64,000 nt of DNA from Candidatus Cloacimonadota bacterium (lineage in GTDB: Bacteria; Cloacimonadota; Cloacimonadia; JGIOTU-2), in NCBI GenBank assembly GCA_049903315.1, contig JBNGBT010000005.1:32001-96000 (forward strand), given 5' to 3'. Position numbers and translations under genes: made by a program. Shown one piece after another: positions 1 to 10,199 of this stretch; the stretch's first letter is position 1; each line of letters opens with the position of its first letter. The notes under the pieces are model-generated. The model searched no databases and was not told the origin of the DNA. It worked only from the letters and a program-made list of their open reading frames with translations.

Positions 1-8
1 GAACTGGA

Positions 9-2039
9 TTGACAGAAGGTACAAACGCAATTGACTTTAACGATGATAATGATGGATACAAGTACACAGGATCAAGATCCGGAGAAGCAAGTTTTGAAGA
101 TTATTTACCATTAATAATAAATGCTTCAAACTGGCAGATTGAAACAAGCGATGGAGAGTTAATATTACCAATTTCCACTACTGCATTTACTGAAACAGGT
201 GGCGGCACTCCTTCGATAACACTTAGTGAATCATCATTAACTGGATTTTCATATTACGTAGGTAGCGGTCCTTCTGCTGAACAAACATTCACTGCTCAAG
301 GAAGTGATTTAACAGCAAATATTTCTATAGCTGCTACTACTAATTATGAAATATCTACAGGAAGCGGCGGATCCTTCGTTGCCACAAATCCAATAATCCT
401 AACACAAAGTGGTGGATCAGTTGCAGAAACGACAATATATGTTAGATTAAAATCTGGCTTAAGTGCAGGCGAATATAATAGTGAAGATATCTCAGCCACA
501 TCAACAGATGCGTCTACTAGAACAGTTACATGTAGCGGAGAAGTATATAAACTTGAACCTACTAATCATGTAACTTCCTTCACTGCTACCGCTGATGGTT
601 TTAACAAAATAGATTTATCATGGACAGAAAATGATGGTGCCGTCGTTCCTGATGGATACCTTATAAAAGCAAGTACTTCTGATAATGTTTCCAATCCTTC
701 CGATGGAACACCTGTTTTTGATAATACAACCATTGGTAATGATAGTGGAGCAAAGAATATATCTCATGGGACAACAGCTTATGAATGGACGGGATTGACA
801 GCAGAAAGCACTTATTATTTTAAAATTTATCCTTATACTAATTCAGGTTCAGTTATTAATTATAAAACTGATGGAACTGTACCGAGTGCAAATGCAACAA
901 CTGATCCAATGCCCGAAATCCCAGATATTCTAATTTCAGAAGTAGCAGATCCATCTGATGTTGCCAATGCAAAGTTTGTAGAATTATATAATGCAAGTGG
1001 TTCTGGAATAACATTCGATACTGATTGGTTTATATGTAGACAATCTAATGGTGATTCGTGGTCTGATGTGGAATTAATAGGAACAATATCAGCTGGTGGA
1101 ACTTTTGTTATCGCATATAACCAAGGTACTTATGAATCAACTTATCCTTCTCCTGCTGATCAATATAGCGGTTCTATAAGTGGTAATGGAGATGATGGAT
1201 ATTTCTTGTATTATGGTTCTGGTCATGCAACCGGCACATTAATTGATGCATATGGAGTTATTGATCAAGACGGTACTAGCCAAGATTGGGAATATACTGA
1301 TGGACATGCAGTAAGAAATGCTGGTGTAACAGAACCTAACTCTACATGGACTTCATCCGAATGGACAATCACTTCAGCAACTGCAGCGCAATGCACTCCA
1401 GGTATTTCAACCCTCCCTGTCACCCTCTCCACCTTCACTGCTCAATATCTCAACAGCAAACCAACTCTCTATTGGCAGACGCAGTCTGAAGAAGACAACA
1501 TGGGTTGGTTTATTTATAGAAATACAATTGAAGATTTCACTTCAGCAGAGAAAATTTCTGGCATGATACAGGGACATGGCACAACTACGCAGCCGCAATC
1601 CTATATTTACGAGGATGCAGAACAACTTCAGGTTGAGCAGACGTATTTCTACTGGCTCGAGAGTGTGGATTACAGTGGAACGATCCATCATTTTGATATG
1701 GTTGCCAACGTCACTATTCCTCATACGAACGATCCCGGACAGAATATAACTCCTCCTGTTGCCTACGAAATTACTGCAGATCCCAACCCCTTCTCACAGA
1801 CAACCGAAATCACTTTTGCAATGAGTCAAACCAGTTTAGTTGATGTTGCTATCTATAATCTGAAAGGTCAGCTGGTAAAATCATTTGATACTGTAATGAC
1901 CAATGCAGATGAAGATGTGAGCTTCCAATGGAATGGTAAGGATGACTCCGGCAAATCACTTTCCAATGGCGTGTATTTGTATTCAGTAAAAGTTAATGGC
2001 AAGGACTATGCCACCAAGCAGTTGATATTAATGAAATAA
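9..2039 (+). CDS. Large secreted protein, probably 5'-truncated by the window edge: FN3-like and lamin-tail (LTD) domains, 'LPVTLS' linker, FlgD-Ig/T9SS-like C-terminal domain
   Basis: ILISEVADP...FVELYN LTD motif; TLPVTLSTFTA linker; PNPF...IYNLKGQLVK...WNGKDDSGKSLSNGVYLY C-terminus. Confidence 0.8.
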   Translation: MTEGTNAIDFNDDNDGYKYTGSRSGEASFEDYLPLIINASNWQIETSDGELILPISTTAFTETGGGTPSITLSESSLTGFSYYVGSGPSAEQTFTAQGSDLTANISIAATTNYEISTGSGGSFVATNPIILTQSGGSVAETTIYVRLKSGLSAGEYNSEDISATSTDASTRTVTCSGEVYKLEPTNHVTSFTATADGFNKIDLSWTENDGAVVPDGYLIKASTSDNVSNPSDGTPVFDNTTIGNDSGAKNISHGTTAYEWTGLTAESTYYFKIYPYTNSGSVINYKTDGTVPSANATTDPMPEIPDILISEVADPSDVANAKFVELYNASGSGITFDTDWFICRQSNGDSWSDVELIGTISAGGTFVIAYNQGTYESTYPSPADQYSGSISGNGDDGYFLYYGSGHATGTLIDAYGVIDQDGTSQDWEYTDGHAVRNAGVTEPNSTWTSSEWTITSATAAQCTPGISTLPVTLSTFTAQYLNSKPTLYWQTQSEEDNMGWFIYRNTIEDFTSAEKISGMIQGHGTTTQPQSYIYEDAEQLQVEQTYFYWLESVDYSGTIHHFDMVANVTIPHTNDPGQNITPPVAYEITADPNPFSQTTEITFAMSQTSLVDVAIYNLKGQLVKSFDTVMTNADEDVSFQWNGKDDSGKSLSNGVYLYSVKVNGKDYATKQLILMK

Positions 2040-2050
2040 ATGTATTAAAT

Positions 2051-2087
2051 TCTCGTTCCTATCCGCCAGCTGGTTGATGGGAATGCA
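2051..2087. repeat. REP-like imperfect palindrome
   Basis: tctcgttcct-atccgccagctggttgat-gggaatgc; outer arms pair imperfectly. Confidence 0.4.
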
Positions 2088-2096
2088 TAATTATCG

Positions 2097-2122
2097 GGGC
2101 TGATTGGATTCAGCCCTTTTTT
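2097..2122 (+). terminator. Rho-independent terminator
   Basis: gggctga-ttggat-tcagccc followed by tttttt, downstream of CDS 9..2039. Confidence 0.8.
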
Positions 2123-2127
2123 ATTTG

Positions 2128-2280
2128 GGAATTTGAAACTTGAAACTTGAAATTGGGAAAAAGAAAATGGCTCACGGATTTACACTGATCAACACTGATT
2201 CATAAAAAATTATAAAGAAGAGAATATATTGAATTCTTAATCTGTTTTCATTGGTGAAAATTCGTGTTAATTCGTGGTTA
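2128..2280. repeat. Heptamer tandem repeat (gaaactt) plus an inverted pair of 9-10-nt periodic repeats
   Basis: gaaacttgaaacttgaaatt; cacggatttacactgatcaacactgatt (2173-2200); gtgaaaattcgtgttaattcgtggtta (2254-2280). Confidence 0.6.
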
Positions 2281-2324
2281 ACAATCTTAATCTGAGTTCT
2301 ATTACAAGGAGTAAATAATTGGTC

Positions 2325-3275
2325 TTATCTATTCCCCTTAAAAGGTTTCTGTTTCTTAAAATCGGGCACGAAATTATCCTTATCTTTTAACGATTTGAAA
2401 TCCTGGGGATACTGCACCAGTATATTTGTAAATCCCAAACTCAAAGCATGTTCATAAACTTCCTCAAATTCTTCGAGAGTAATTCGTCTTTTTAAGAACT
2501 GAATGCTAGCAGTCTTGTCCATTTTCAATCGTTCAGGCGGGTAATACTGTGACATCAAACTGATCGGGATTTCTCTCCCAAATTCGATAAAGAGAGTTGA
2601 GAGTACATTCTTCGAGTTCTGCACCTGTTCCGGTAAAATAAGGTGGCGGACAAGCACACCTCTTGATGCAATCTGCTTGTTCTCTGTGAAAGAATCGAGA
2701 AATCCTTTTTGCCGAACCATCTCGATAAGTGATTCAAGAGCTTTATCAGGATAATCCTCCGCATGAGAGAGCTCTTTTGCCAGTTCTCTGTCGGCATATT
2801 TGAAGTCAGGCATGTAGATGTCAGCATAATCTTCAAGATTTTTAACTGACTCTGTTTTCTGATATCCAGACATATTATAGAGAATTGGAAGTGAGAGATT
2901 CCTTTGTCTGAGCAGTTCAACGATTTTTATAGTATGAGGCAAAAAATGATCAGGCGTAACGAAGTTCACATTATGAATATCATAGGATAGAACAAGTTTT
3001 TCAAGTTCGTCAACAACCTGCGTGCATGTGTAAAAATTTCCCATTCCTTCAAAAGATATTTGATAATTCTGGCAGTAGCAACACTTGAGAGAGCATCCCG
3101 TGAAGAAGATAGTCCCAGATCCATTTGTGCCAGAGATAGGGGGCTCTTCACCAAAATGTGCACTGATGCTCGAAATGCGAAACTGGCTTGTTTCCCCACA
3201 ATAACCTGTTTGGTCCTGTGTGCGGTCAATATTGCACTCACGAGGACAAAGTGAGCAATTTGTATAATTATTCAT
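2325..3275 (-). CDS. Radical SAM protein, PflX-like
   Basis: CxxCPRxC N-terminus, HFGEEPPISG, CSLKCCYC radical SAM motif. Confidence 0.85.
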   Translation of the reverse strand: MNNYTNCSLCPRECNIDRTQDQTGYCGETSQFRISSISAHFGEEPPISGTNGSGTIFFTGCSLKCCYCQNYQISFEGMGNFYTCTQVVDELEKLVLSYDIHNVNFVTPDHFLPHTIKIVELLRQRNLSLPILYNMSGYQKTESVKNLEDYADIYMPDFKYADRELAKELSHAEDYPDKALESLIEMVRQKGFLDSFTENKQIASRGVLVRHLILPEQVQNSKNVLSTLFIEFGREIPISLMSQYYPPERLKMDKTASIQFLKRRITLEEFEEVYEHALSLGFTNILVQYPQDFKSLKDKDNFVPDFKKQKPFKGNR

Positions 3276-3315
3276 ACGATTTAGAGTATATCAGTTCATT
3301 ATATGTTCAACTAAA

Positions 3316-3342
3316 CCACCCTTCGAGAACCTCAGGGTGACA
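3316..3342 (-). repeat. TGTC-tagged REP-like palindrome
   Basis: Minus strand TGTCACCCTGAGGTTCTCGAAGGGTGG; caccct/agggtg stem. Confidence 0.55.
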
Positions 3343-3362
3343 ATAGATTTATAGGAAATAAA

Positions 3363-3839
3363 TTATAGATTCTTGATCTTCTCGATAATATCAGTTGTAG
3401 ATTTTCCTTCGATGAATTGTAAGCTTCTTACTTCTCCACCTTGCCCGAGTACAATATCACTTCCCACAATATCTTCAACAGCCCAGTCACCGCCTTTTAC
3501 GAGGATATCCGGTTGGATCATTTTGATGAGTTCATAAGGTGTATCTTCATCAAAAATGCACACATAATCCACAGATTTAAGATTGTCGAGTACTACTGCA
3601 CGATCCTGTTCATAGTTTATAGGACGGTCAATGCCCTTAAGTCTTTGCACTGAATCATCGCTGTTCAAACCGATGATGAGGATATCTCCACATTTTTTTG
3701 CTTTATTCAAGTATTCAACATGACCTCTATGTATGAGGTCAAAGCATCCATTGGTGAATACAATTTTCATGTCAGATTCGTGCAAATTACCTGATATTTC
3801 GGTGATTTCTTCTCTTGTAGCGATCATGATTCGTTCCAT
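3363..3839 (-). CDS. rfaE2: D-glycero-beta-D-manno-heptose 1-phosphate adenylyltransferase
   Basis: VFTNGCFDLIHRGH, GLNSDDSV, LVKGGDW. Confidence 0.92.
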   Translation of the reverse strand: MERIMIATREEITEISGNLHESDMKIVFTNGCFDLIHRGHVEYLNKAKKCGDILIIGLNSDDSVQRLKGIDRPINYEQDRAVVLDNLKSVDYVCIFDEDTPYELIKMIQPDILVKGGDWAVEDIVGSDIVLGQGGEVRSLQFIEGKSTTDIIEKIKNL

Positions 3840-4819
3840 TCTCTAAAAGAGCGCAGGATTTCCTTTGGTGAAGCAGTTGCAGCTCCAACTTTTCCACACA
3901 CAACACCTGCAGCATGGTTTGCGATTATTGATGCTGTCTTGATATCGCAGTTCGCTGTTATGGCAAGCATAAGAGTGCTGATGACAGTATCTCCAGCACC
4001 GGACACATCATACACTTCCTGGGAAAATGTGGGTATCTGCCAGCTTTGGTTTTGATCATCACAGATAAACATACCTTTTGAACCGAGTGTGATCACAACG
4101 TATTTGCAACTCAATTTGTCCATGAGTTTCTGCGCAACGATCTTCAGGTCTTCATCAGATTTGATCTCATATTGCAGATTCTTTTCAGCTTCATTTTTGT
4201 TTGGTTTGAAAAAAGTAATATTTTTGTATTCGAAGAAATTTTTTGCTTTCGGATCGACACCGATGAATTTGTCATGTGTTTGCGCAAGAGAAGTGAAAAG
4301 ATGAATGAGGTCTTTTGTGAGTAAACCTTTATTATAATCCTGAAGTATTATGCCATCGATCAAAGGAATAATTTTTTGTGCATATTTTTCAATTTCGTGA
4401 AACACTTCGCCATCTATTTCATCATCCTTCTCGAAATCGATACGCACAAGCTGCTGATTGCGTGCGATCACTCGTGTTTTTTGGGTTGTGGGACGGAGAG
4501 AGTTGGAAAATATACCCTCATCAGAAATGTTGTTATCTCGGAATATCTGCCGTAATTGATTACCACTCTGGTCATCTCCAACCGTTCCTATAATGAAGGG
4601 TTCAGCCCCTAGTGCTTTTATATTCTGAGCAACATTTGCAGCACCACCGGGACCAAATTTTTCCTTATCAACCTTCACGACCTGTACTGGTGCTTCCGGT
4701 GAAATTCGATCAACGTCTCCAATGATGTAATGATCGAGCATGAGATCGCCGACTACCAAAATCTTTTTTGATTGAATCTTTGTTAAGATATCTTTGAGTT
4801 TTTGTTCATCAATATGCAT
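3824..4819 (-). CDS. rfaE1: D-glycero-beta-D-manno-heptose-7-phosphate kinase
   Basis: GDLMLDHY, RISPEAPV, GGAANVA, DVSGAGDT (PfkB family). Confidence 0.92.
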   Translation of the reverse strand: MHIDEQKLKDILTKIQSKKILVVGDLMLDHYIIGDVDRISPEAPVQVVKVDKEKFGPGGAANVAQNIKALGAEPFIIGTVGDDQSGNQLRQIFRDNNISDEGIFSNSLRPTTQKTRVIARNQQLVRIDFEKDDEIDGEVFHEIEKYAQKIIPLIDGIILQDYNKGLLTKDLIHLFTSLAQTHDKFIGVDPKAKNFFEYKNITFFKPNKNEAEKNLQYEIKSDEDLKIVAQKLMDKLSCKYVVITLGSKGMFICDDQNQSWQIPTFSQEVYDVSGAGDTVISTLMLAITANCDIKTASIIANHAAGVVCGKVGAATASPKEILRSFREWNES

Positions 4820-4820
4820 A

Positions 4821-6203
4821 TTACTCCTTTAAATGGATGGGATAATTCCCATCAAAGCAAGCAAAACAAAATTCTTTATCATCTTTTATCAGACTTTTCA
4901 GATCAGGCACAGTAAGATAGCGAAGAGAATCCGCCTGGAGAAAAGCTGCAATGTCTTCGACGGTTTTATGGTTTGCAATAAGTTCTTCCATAGTAGGCGT
5001 GTCTATTCCGTAATAGCAGGAATATTTTACCATCGGAGAACCAATTCGCACGTGTACTTCTTTTGCACCATGTTCGCGAACCATTTTTACGATTTTTTTC
5101 AGCGTGGTACCCCGCACAATAGAATCATCTATCAAAGTGACCTTTTTCCCTTCGAGAAAACCAGGGAGGGGATTGAATTTTTGACTCACATTCTCATCAC
5201 GAATAGTCTGTTCCGGTGCAATAAAGGTACGCCCCACATAGTGATTTCGAATAAGCCCAAAGCTGAAATCAATGCCGAGTTCTTTAGCATAACCCAGGGC
5301 AATGAAATTACTCGAGTCAGGTACGGGCATGACAACATCGGTTATGATATCTTCTTTTTCTGCAAGTTTTTGACCGAGTTTTTCCCGAAAAGTATACACT
5401 GCATTATCGTAAACAATACTGTCTGGACGGGAGAAATAGATAAGCTCAAATATGCAATGTGCAGTATGTTTTCTGCTTCTGAATTCATCAGGATCAAGTT
5501 GGATTGATTCCATTCCTTTTTCACTTACATGAATGATCTCACACGGTGAGACTTCTTTTTTGAATTGAGCCTGAATAATATCTATGCAGCAGGATTCCGA
5601 TGCGAATGCATAGGTTCCATCATCAAGCTCACCAAAAATGAATGGTCTGTTAGCGTGGGGATCACGAAATGCATACAGTTCATCTTTGACAAGCATGACA
5701 GTAGAATAAGATCCCTGAAAATGTTCCATAAGATGTTTAATTGAATCAACAATTGAGAGTCCCTGCTTCTCGTGAAAATATGCAATATATTTCAAGATAA
5801 GTTCACCGTCATTTTGTGATTCAAAAAAGACTCCTTTTGCTTCCAGGATCTCGCGCAGTTCTTTATAATTTACTATATCCCCGTTACTTGCAAGAGCAAA
5901 CATTGGTCCGGAGAGATTGTTCAATAAATGCGGTTGGGCATTTCCGATATCTGAAGAACCTTGAGTAGGATAACGGACATGACCTATTGCAACGTGAGAA
6001 GGAATCTGTGTAAGTACACCTTCATTAAAAACTTCTTTCACAAGCCCCATTTGTTTTATGAGCTGTAATTTCTCGCCGTCGAAATACGTAATTCCACAGC
6101 TTTCCTGTCCGCGATGCTGAGCAGCAAAAAGTCCAAGGACTGCGAGATGTGAAGCAGTTTCAAGTTGCTTATCTTTTTGATATATTCCTATGATTCCGCA
6201 CAT
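4821..6203 (-). CDS. purF: Amidophosphoribosyltransferase
   Basis: MCG N-terminus, QHRGQE, GHVRY, DDSIVRGTT. Confidence 0.95.
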   Translation of the reverse strand: MCGIIGIYQKDKQLETASHLAVLGLFAAQHRGQESCGITYFDGEKLQLIKQMGLVKEVFNEGVLTQIPSHVAIGHVRYPTQGSSDIGNAQPHLLNNLSGPMFALASNGDIVNYKELREILEAKGVFFESQNDGELILKYIAYFHEKQGLSIVDSIKHLMEHFQGSYSTVMLVKDELYAFRDPHANRPFIFGELDDGTYAFASESCCIDIIQAQFKKEVSPCEIIHVSEKGMESIQLDPDEFRSRKHTAHCIFELIYFSRPDSIVYDNAVYTFREKLGQKLAEKEDIITDVVMPVPDSSNFIALGYAKELGIDFSFGLIRNHYVGRTFIAPEQTIRDENVSQKFNPLPGFLEGKKVTLIDDSIVRGTTLKKIVKMVREHGAKEVHVRIGSPMVKYSCYYGIDTPTMEELIANHKTVEDIAAFLQADSLRYLTVPDLKSLIKDDKEFCFACFDGNYPIHLKE

Positions 6204-6212
6204 ATTATTAAG

Positions 6213-6884
6213 TTACTTCTTTTTTCGGAAAGATACTTTCGATTCTTCACCTTTTCGCAGGCGAGTAATATTTTCTTTATGACGATATATTATCAAAATT
6301 GCAATACAGGTTGTGAGAATGAGCAGTGGAATTTCCTTAAAATCGGGGATATTTCGTATGAGTTCAACGACCCAGAAACAAAAGACTGCACAAAGGGAAG
6401 CAAGAGAAATATAGCGTGATAGTGCTGCAATTAATAGGAATACTCCAGCAGAAATAAGCAATGGGATTGGGAGCAGACTCATCAATACACCTCCCCCTGT
6501 TGCAATACCTTTTCCACCCTTGAATCTCAGAAAAACCGGGTATACATGCCCGATGATCGCAACTAATCCGATCGCAACGATAGCAATCTGATAAGTTTGT
6601 GGATTTGTATAATCAAGGCAGGGATTAAAACCAAAAATTGTATGTTCGCATGATTGCGCAAGGAGGAGTTTGCCAATTTCGACTGCAAAAAATCCCTTAA
6701 AAAAATCAAAAATTAAAGAAATAATACCTGGAACAACTCCAAGAGTTCTCAGAACATTTGTAGCACCTGTGCTTTTGCTGCCATGTTCCCGAATATCAAT
6801 TTTTTTGATTATTTTACCCAGAATAAATCCGCTGGGAATTGCTCCAAGAAAATAGGAAATGAGTAAGGCAATAAATAAAATCAC
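6213..6884 (-). CDS. plsY: Glycerol-3-phosphate acyltransferase
   Basis: GSKSTGATN, GH-YPVF-FKGGKG, RHKENI; hydrophobic. Confidence 0.93.
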   Translation of the reverse strand: MILFIALLISYFLGAIPSGFILGKIIKKIDIREHGSKSTGATNVLRTLGVVPGIISLIFDFFKGFFAVEIGKLLLAQSCEHTIFGFNPCLDYTNPQTYQIAIVAIGLVAIIGHVYPVFLRFKGGKGIATGGGVLMSLLPIPLLISAGVFLLIAALSRYISLASLCAVFCFWVVELIRNIPDFKEIPLLILTTCIAILIIYRHKENITRLRKGEESKVSFRKKK

Positions 6885-8200
6885 GATTTATCCTTAAACT
6901 TTAATTTAATTGTGATGCCGTCGAAACCGAATTCGTCTCTGATCTGATTCTGGATGAATCTTTTATAATTTTCTGTGATCAGTGTGGCATTATTCATTGA
7001 GAAAAGGAAAAGTGGGGGATTGGTATCGACCTGCGATGCAAAATAGAATTTCACTCGTTTGTGGGATGTATGAGTAGGAGGATTTTGCGCAATGATCTTT
7101 TGAAGAAATGTATTCATTTCATGTGTAGGGATGCGCTTCTTTCTCTGTTGATTCACATAAAGTATAAGGTCAAGGAGTTTGGTAACACGCTGTCCCGATT
7201 TCGCAGAAATAAAAATAAGAGGAGCATAGCTTGCATAATTCACACTATAACGAATTTCCTCTTCGTATTTTTTTGCAGTTTTATGATCTTTCTCGATCAC
7301 ATCCCACTTATTAAATACAAGAATAATAGCTTTGAACTGGGACTGAGCATATTCAATAATCCTCTTATCCTGTACTGAGATCTCTTCTTGAGCATCCAGA
7401 AGAACAAGTACGATATCAGCATCGTCAATGCTGCGGAGACTTCGCAAGTTGCTGAAATACTCAATGCCAAATTTCACCCTGCTTTTTCTGCGCAATCCCG
7501 CTGTATCTATGATAGTCAAATCGTAATCCTTATATTTGAAATTGAGGTGCACAGAATCACGAGTTGTGCCGGGGATGTCCGTTACAATTACAGCATTTTG
7601 TCCTATGATCTTGTTAACTAATGAAGATTTTCCTACATTTGGCTTTCCGACCACTGCAATCTTGATGGTATCTTCTTTGAACTGTTCCTTCATTTCTTCA
7701 AGGGTTGGTAATCTATTTACGATCTGATCTTGAAGTTCTGAGAAATTTCTTCCGCCAAGTGCAGAAATTCCAATGGGTTCACCATATCCAAGGTTCATGA
7801 ACTCAAATATTTCAAGTTCCTCTTTTTCATTATCAACTTTATTTACAGTGAAGATGACTTTATCCTGAACAGGGAAAAGCATTTGTGCGATTTGCTGGTC
7901 ATAATCCGTTATCCCGTTCTTGCAATCTGCCACAAACACTATCAGATCTGCTTCTTCAATCGCAAGCTCTGCCTGCGCCTTGATGGACTGTGTCATAGTA
8001 TCATTTGTACTTGGCACGATCCCGCCGGTGTCAACTACAATAAAAGGATAACCATTCCACTCGGTTTGGTAATATTTTCTATCCCTGGTAACTCCGGATT
8101 CCTCATCAACGATCGCAAGTTTCCTCTTCACCATCCTGTTAAAAATGGTTGATTTGCCCACATTCGGGCGTCCTACTATTGCAACTATGGGTATAGACAT
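6881..8200 (-). CDS. der: Ribosome biogenesis GTPase Der (EngA)
   Basis: Two GxPNVGKS GTPase domains and a KH-like C-terminus. Confidence 0.97.
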   Translation of the reverse strand: MSIPIVAIVGRPNVGKSTIFNRMVKRKLAIVDEESGVTRDRKYYQTEWNGYPFIVVDTGGIVPSTNDTMTQSIKAQAELAIEEADLIVFVADCKNGITDYDQQIAQMLFPVQDKVIFTVNKVDNEKEELEIFEFMNLGYGEPIGISALGGRNFSELQDQIVNRLPTLEEMKEQFKEDTIKIAVVGKPNVGKSSLVNKIIGQNAVIVTDIPGTTRDSVHLNFKYKDYDLTIIDTAGLRRKSRVKFGIEYFSNLRSLRSIDDADIVLVLLDAQEEISVQDKRIIEYAQSQFKAIILVFNKWDVIEKDHKTAKKYEEEIRYSVNYASYAPLIFISAKSGQRVTKLLDLILYVNQQRKKRIPTHEMNTFLQKIIAQNPPTHTSHKRVKFYFASQVDTNPPLFLFSMNNATLITENYKRFIQNQIRDEFGFDGITIKLKFKDKS

Positions 8201-8311
8201 AATTTATTAAAATACAGTGGGATTTTCAGGGAAAAGCTTGTCAAATATTTCGTGGATTGAGCGCGAATCATACAGATAAATATTTATAAATGAGTGTAGT
8301 AGAGGAGGAAA

Positions 8312-8353
8312 TGGAACACTGATTAGCACTGATTGGGCTGATTAACGATGATT
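8312..8353 (+). repeat. Periodic 9-10-nt 'ctgat' intergenic repeat
   Basis: tggaacactgat-tagcactgat-tgggctgat-taacgatgatt. Confidence 0.55.
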
Positions 8354-8427
8354 AAATACAAAGAAAAATGAAAATTTTTTCTGCCTTCTAAGACGTAGAG
8401 TAACTGAGATTTATGAATGAAACTAAC

Positions 8428-9747
8428 TTATTTGAGATTCGCAAGGCAATTATCGCACTCATGATGGGAACAGAACAGGTAAAAGAGTTGGATCATTCCC
8501 TGTTGCATCTGTAAGTTGATGCGGAAACGAATGCCGTCTTTCAGAAGAGTGTGCATATAATGGGTAATGTAATTATCTGATAGTTTCGGGAGTTCGCCAT
8601 ACACTGTAGCGATCACTTTCTGCAATGTGTCATAATGCAACGTTTCTGCATAGACATAGCATATCGGCAAAATAATATTTGAGAAAATATCCCTGCTTCG
8701 GGATGAACCGATCGACGGATGATCCGCTTCACTTAATAAGCTTGAAAACTCTTCTTCGATTTTCCGAGCATCAATTTTCTGTGTATCTCCATAACTAAAA
8801 AGTGCAATGATCGAGTTGATGAGATTTCCTTGCTCAAGAGCGGTGTAAAGAAAAGGTGCAATTTGCCAGAGTCTGTACACTGGATGATTTTGTGGACGGC
8901 AACGGAAGAAATTCCACTCATCTTTGTGGAGTGTAGGGTAAGATTTTGCATGAAAACGAGAATGAATTCTATCAAATCGCTTTAGAAGTTTTTCTTCAAT
9001 GAAAGTGAAATTATACTCATGCAGATCAAGTCCGCAGGTTAAAAGAAGTATGCAAAAGATATCTTCGAAACCTTTTAACTCGTTCATGAATGTTTTCAAT
9101 TTTTGAAATGGAAGCAGCTTTGCCAGCTTAAAAAACGGCATTTTGTTCTTTCCGTATCCAAGTGCTTCGATTATTCCTTCATAGAGGATCTGGTTGAAAT
9201 CTGAGTTGTATAGTTCAGCGGAAAAGCGTTTACTCTTCTTTAAAAAGCGCTCCTTACCCAGTTTGAGAAGTATATTCTTAAGAAGATCAGGATTGTGCAA
9301 ATCCTTTACCAGAAGGCATTCGATCGTTTTTTGCTGAGAGGTGTCGAAAGGTTTTTGTCCATATCGTTTCCATAGTTTGTCTATCTGCTGATCCAGATTG
9401 GGCTGGAGTTCGAGGATAGGTATTTTACTGCCGTTTTCTGTGATAGTAAATTCAGCATTTTGCTCATTTGAAAAGACGACGTGAAGAATGACGTTGTTAT
9501 AATTTTTATCCTCATGATGATTGTGAGCTTTCCAATCATATTCATGTGTATGTATCTCGACATCCCCTTGCAGCTTTTTCCCGTCAAATAGAATGATGCT
9601 ATTCACAAAATCAGGTCCGGCATCAGTATTCCATTTGCCCTGAAAAAGTATCTTTAGTTTAGATCCTGCTACAGTTATTATGCTATCTTTAAGATGCTGT
9701 TCATCCCAGATATGATACAAAAAATTTTCTGCAATATTTTTTTTCAT
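8428..9747 (-). CDS. DUF2851-like protein
   Basis: E-FL-HIW, N-DAGPDF, GDVEIH, HxHH-D-NY-NVILHVV, RPQNHP; start placed at MKKNIAE behind GAGGGA. Confidence 0.8.
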   Translation of the reverse strand: MKKNIAENFLYHIWDEQHLKDSIITVAGSKLKILFQGKWNTDAGPDFVNSIILFDGKKLQGDVEIHTHEYDWKAHNHHEDKNYNNVILHVVFSNEQNAEFTITENGSKIPILELQPNLDQQIDKLWKRYGQKPFDTSQQKTIECLLVKDLHNPDLLKNILLKLGKERFLKKSKRFSAELYNSDFNQILYEGIIEALGYGKNKMPFFKLAKLLPFQKLKTFMNELKGFEDIFCILLLTCGLDLHEYNFTFIEEKLLKRFDRIHSRFHAKSYPTLHKDEWNFFRCRPQNHPVYRLWQIAPFLYTALEQGNLINSIIALFSYGDTQKIDARKIEEEFSSLLSEADHPSIGSSRSRDIFSNIILPICYVYAETLHYDTLQKVIATVYGELPKLSDNYITHYMHTLLKDGIRFRINLQMQQGMIQLFYLFCSHHECDNCLANLK

Positions 9748-9901
9748 GTGTCCCTCTTGATGATAATTGGATAGAAAAAAGTAATATTTATTTGTCAATT
9801 TTCTTGTAATGAATATATTTTTTTCAGTAAAATTTGACACAAGATTTGTAATGTACAAATTAGTCGATAATTACAGAAAAAAATCCATCCATGGAGGCCT
9901 C

Positions 9902-10183
9902 ATGACCAAAGCCGATTTAATTCAGGCAATTTCTCAGGAAACGGGAATTATATTAAAGGATACTAAAATTATCGTTGATGCACTCTTGGATAATATAAAG
10001 ATCAGTATGATCAATGGAGAGCACATAGAACTTAGAGGATTTGGTACCTTTAAAAATAAAGTACGTAAATCGCGCATCGCACGTAATCCCAACACAAAGG
10101 ACCTTGTTCATCTTCCAGAACGAGTGGTTCCCACCTTTAAGTTTTCAAAATTCTTTATTGACGAAGTAATGGATAACAACTAA
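9902..10183 (+). CDS. HU/IHF family DNA-binding protein
   Basis: MTKADL, IELRGFGTF, ARNP; GGAGG RBS before ATG 9902. Confidence 0.92.
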   Translation: MTKADLIQAISQETGIILKDTKIIVDALLDNIKISMINGEHIELRGFGTFKNKVRKSRIARNPNTKDLVHLPERVVPTFKFSKFFIDEVMDNN

Positions 10184-10199
10184 TCATTTTGGAGATTCA

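Noticed and set aside
2128..2280. CRISPR array
   Set aside because: Units are 7-10 nt with no unique spacers, and there are no cas genes.
4833..5507. 224-aa ORF antisense to purF, and similar shadow ORFs such as 54656..55441 and 21866..22417
   Set aside because: They lie opposite well-conserved genes and show no recognisable motifs.
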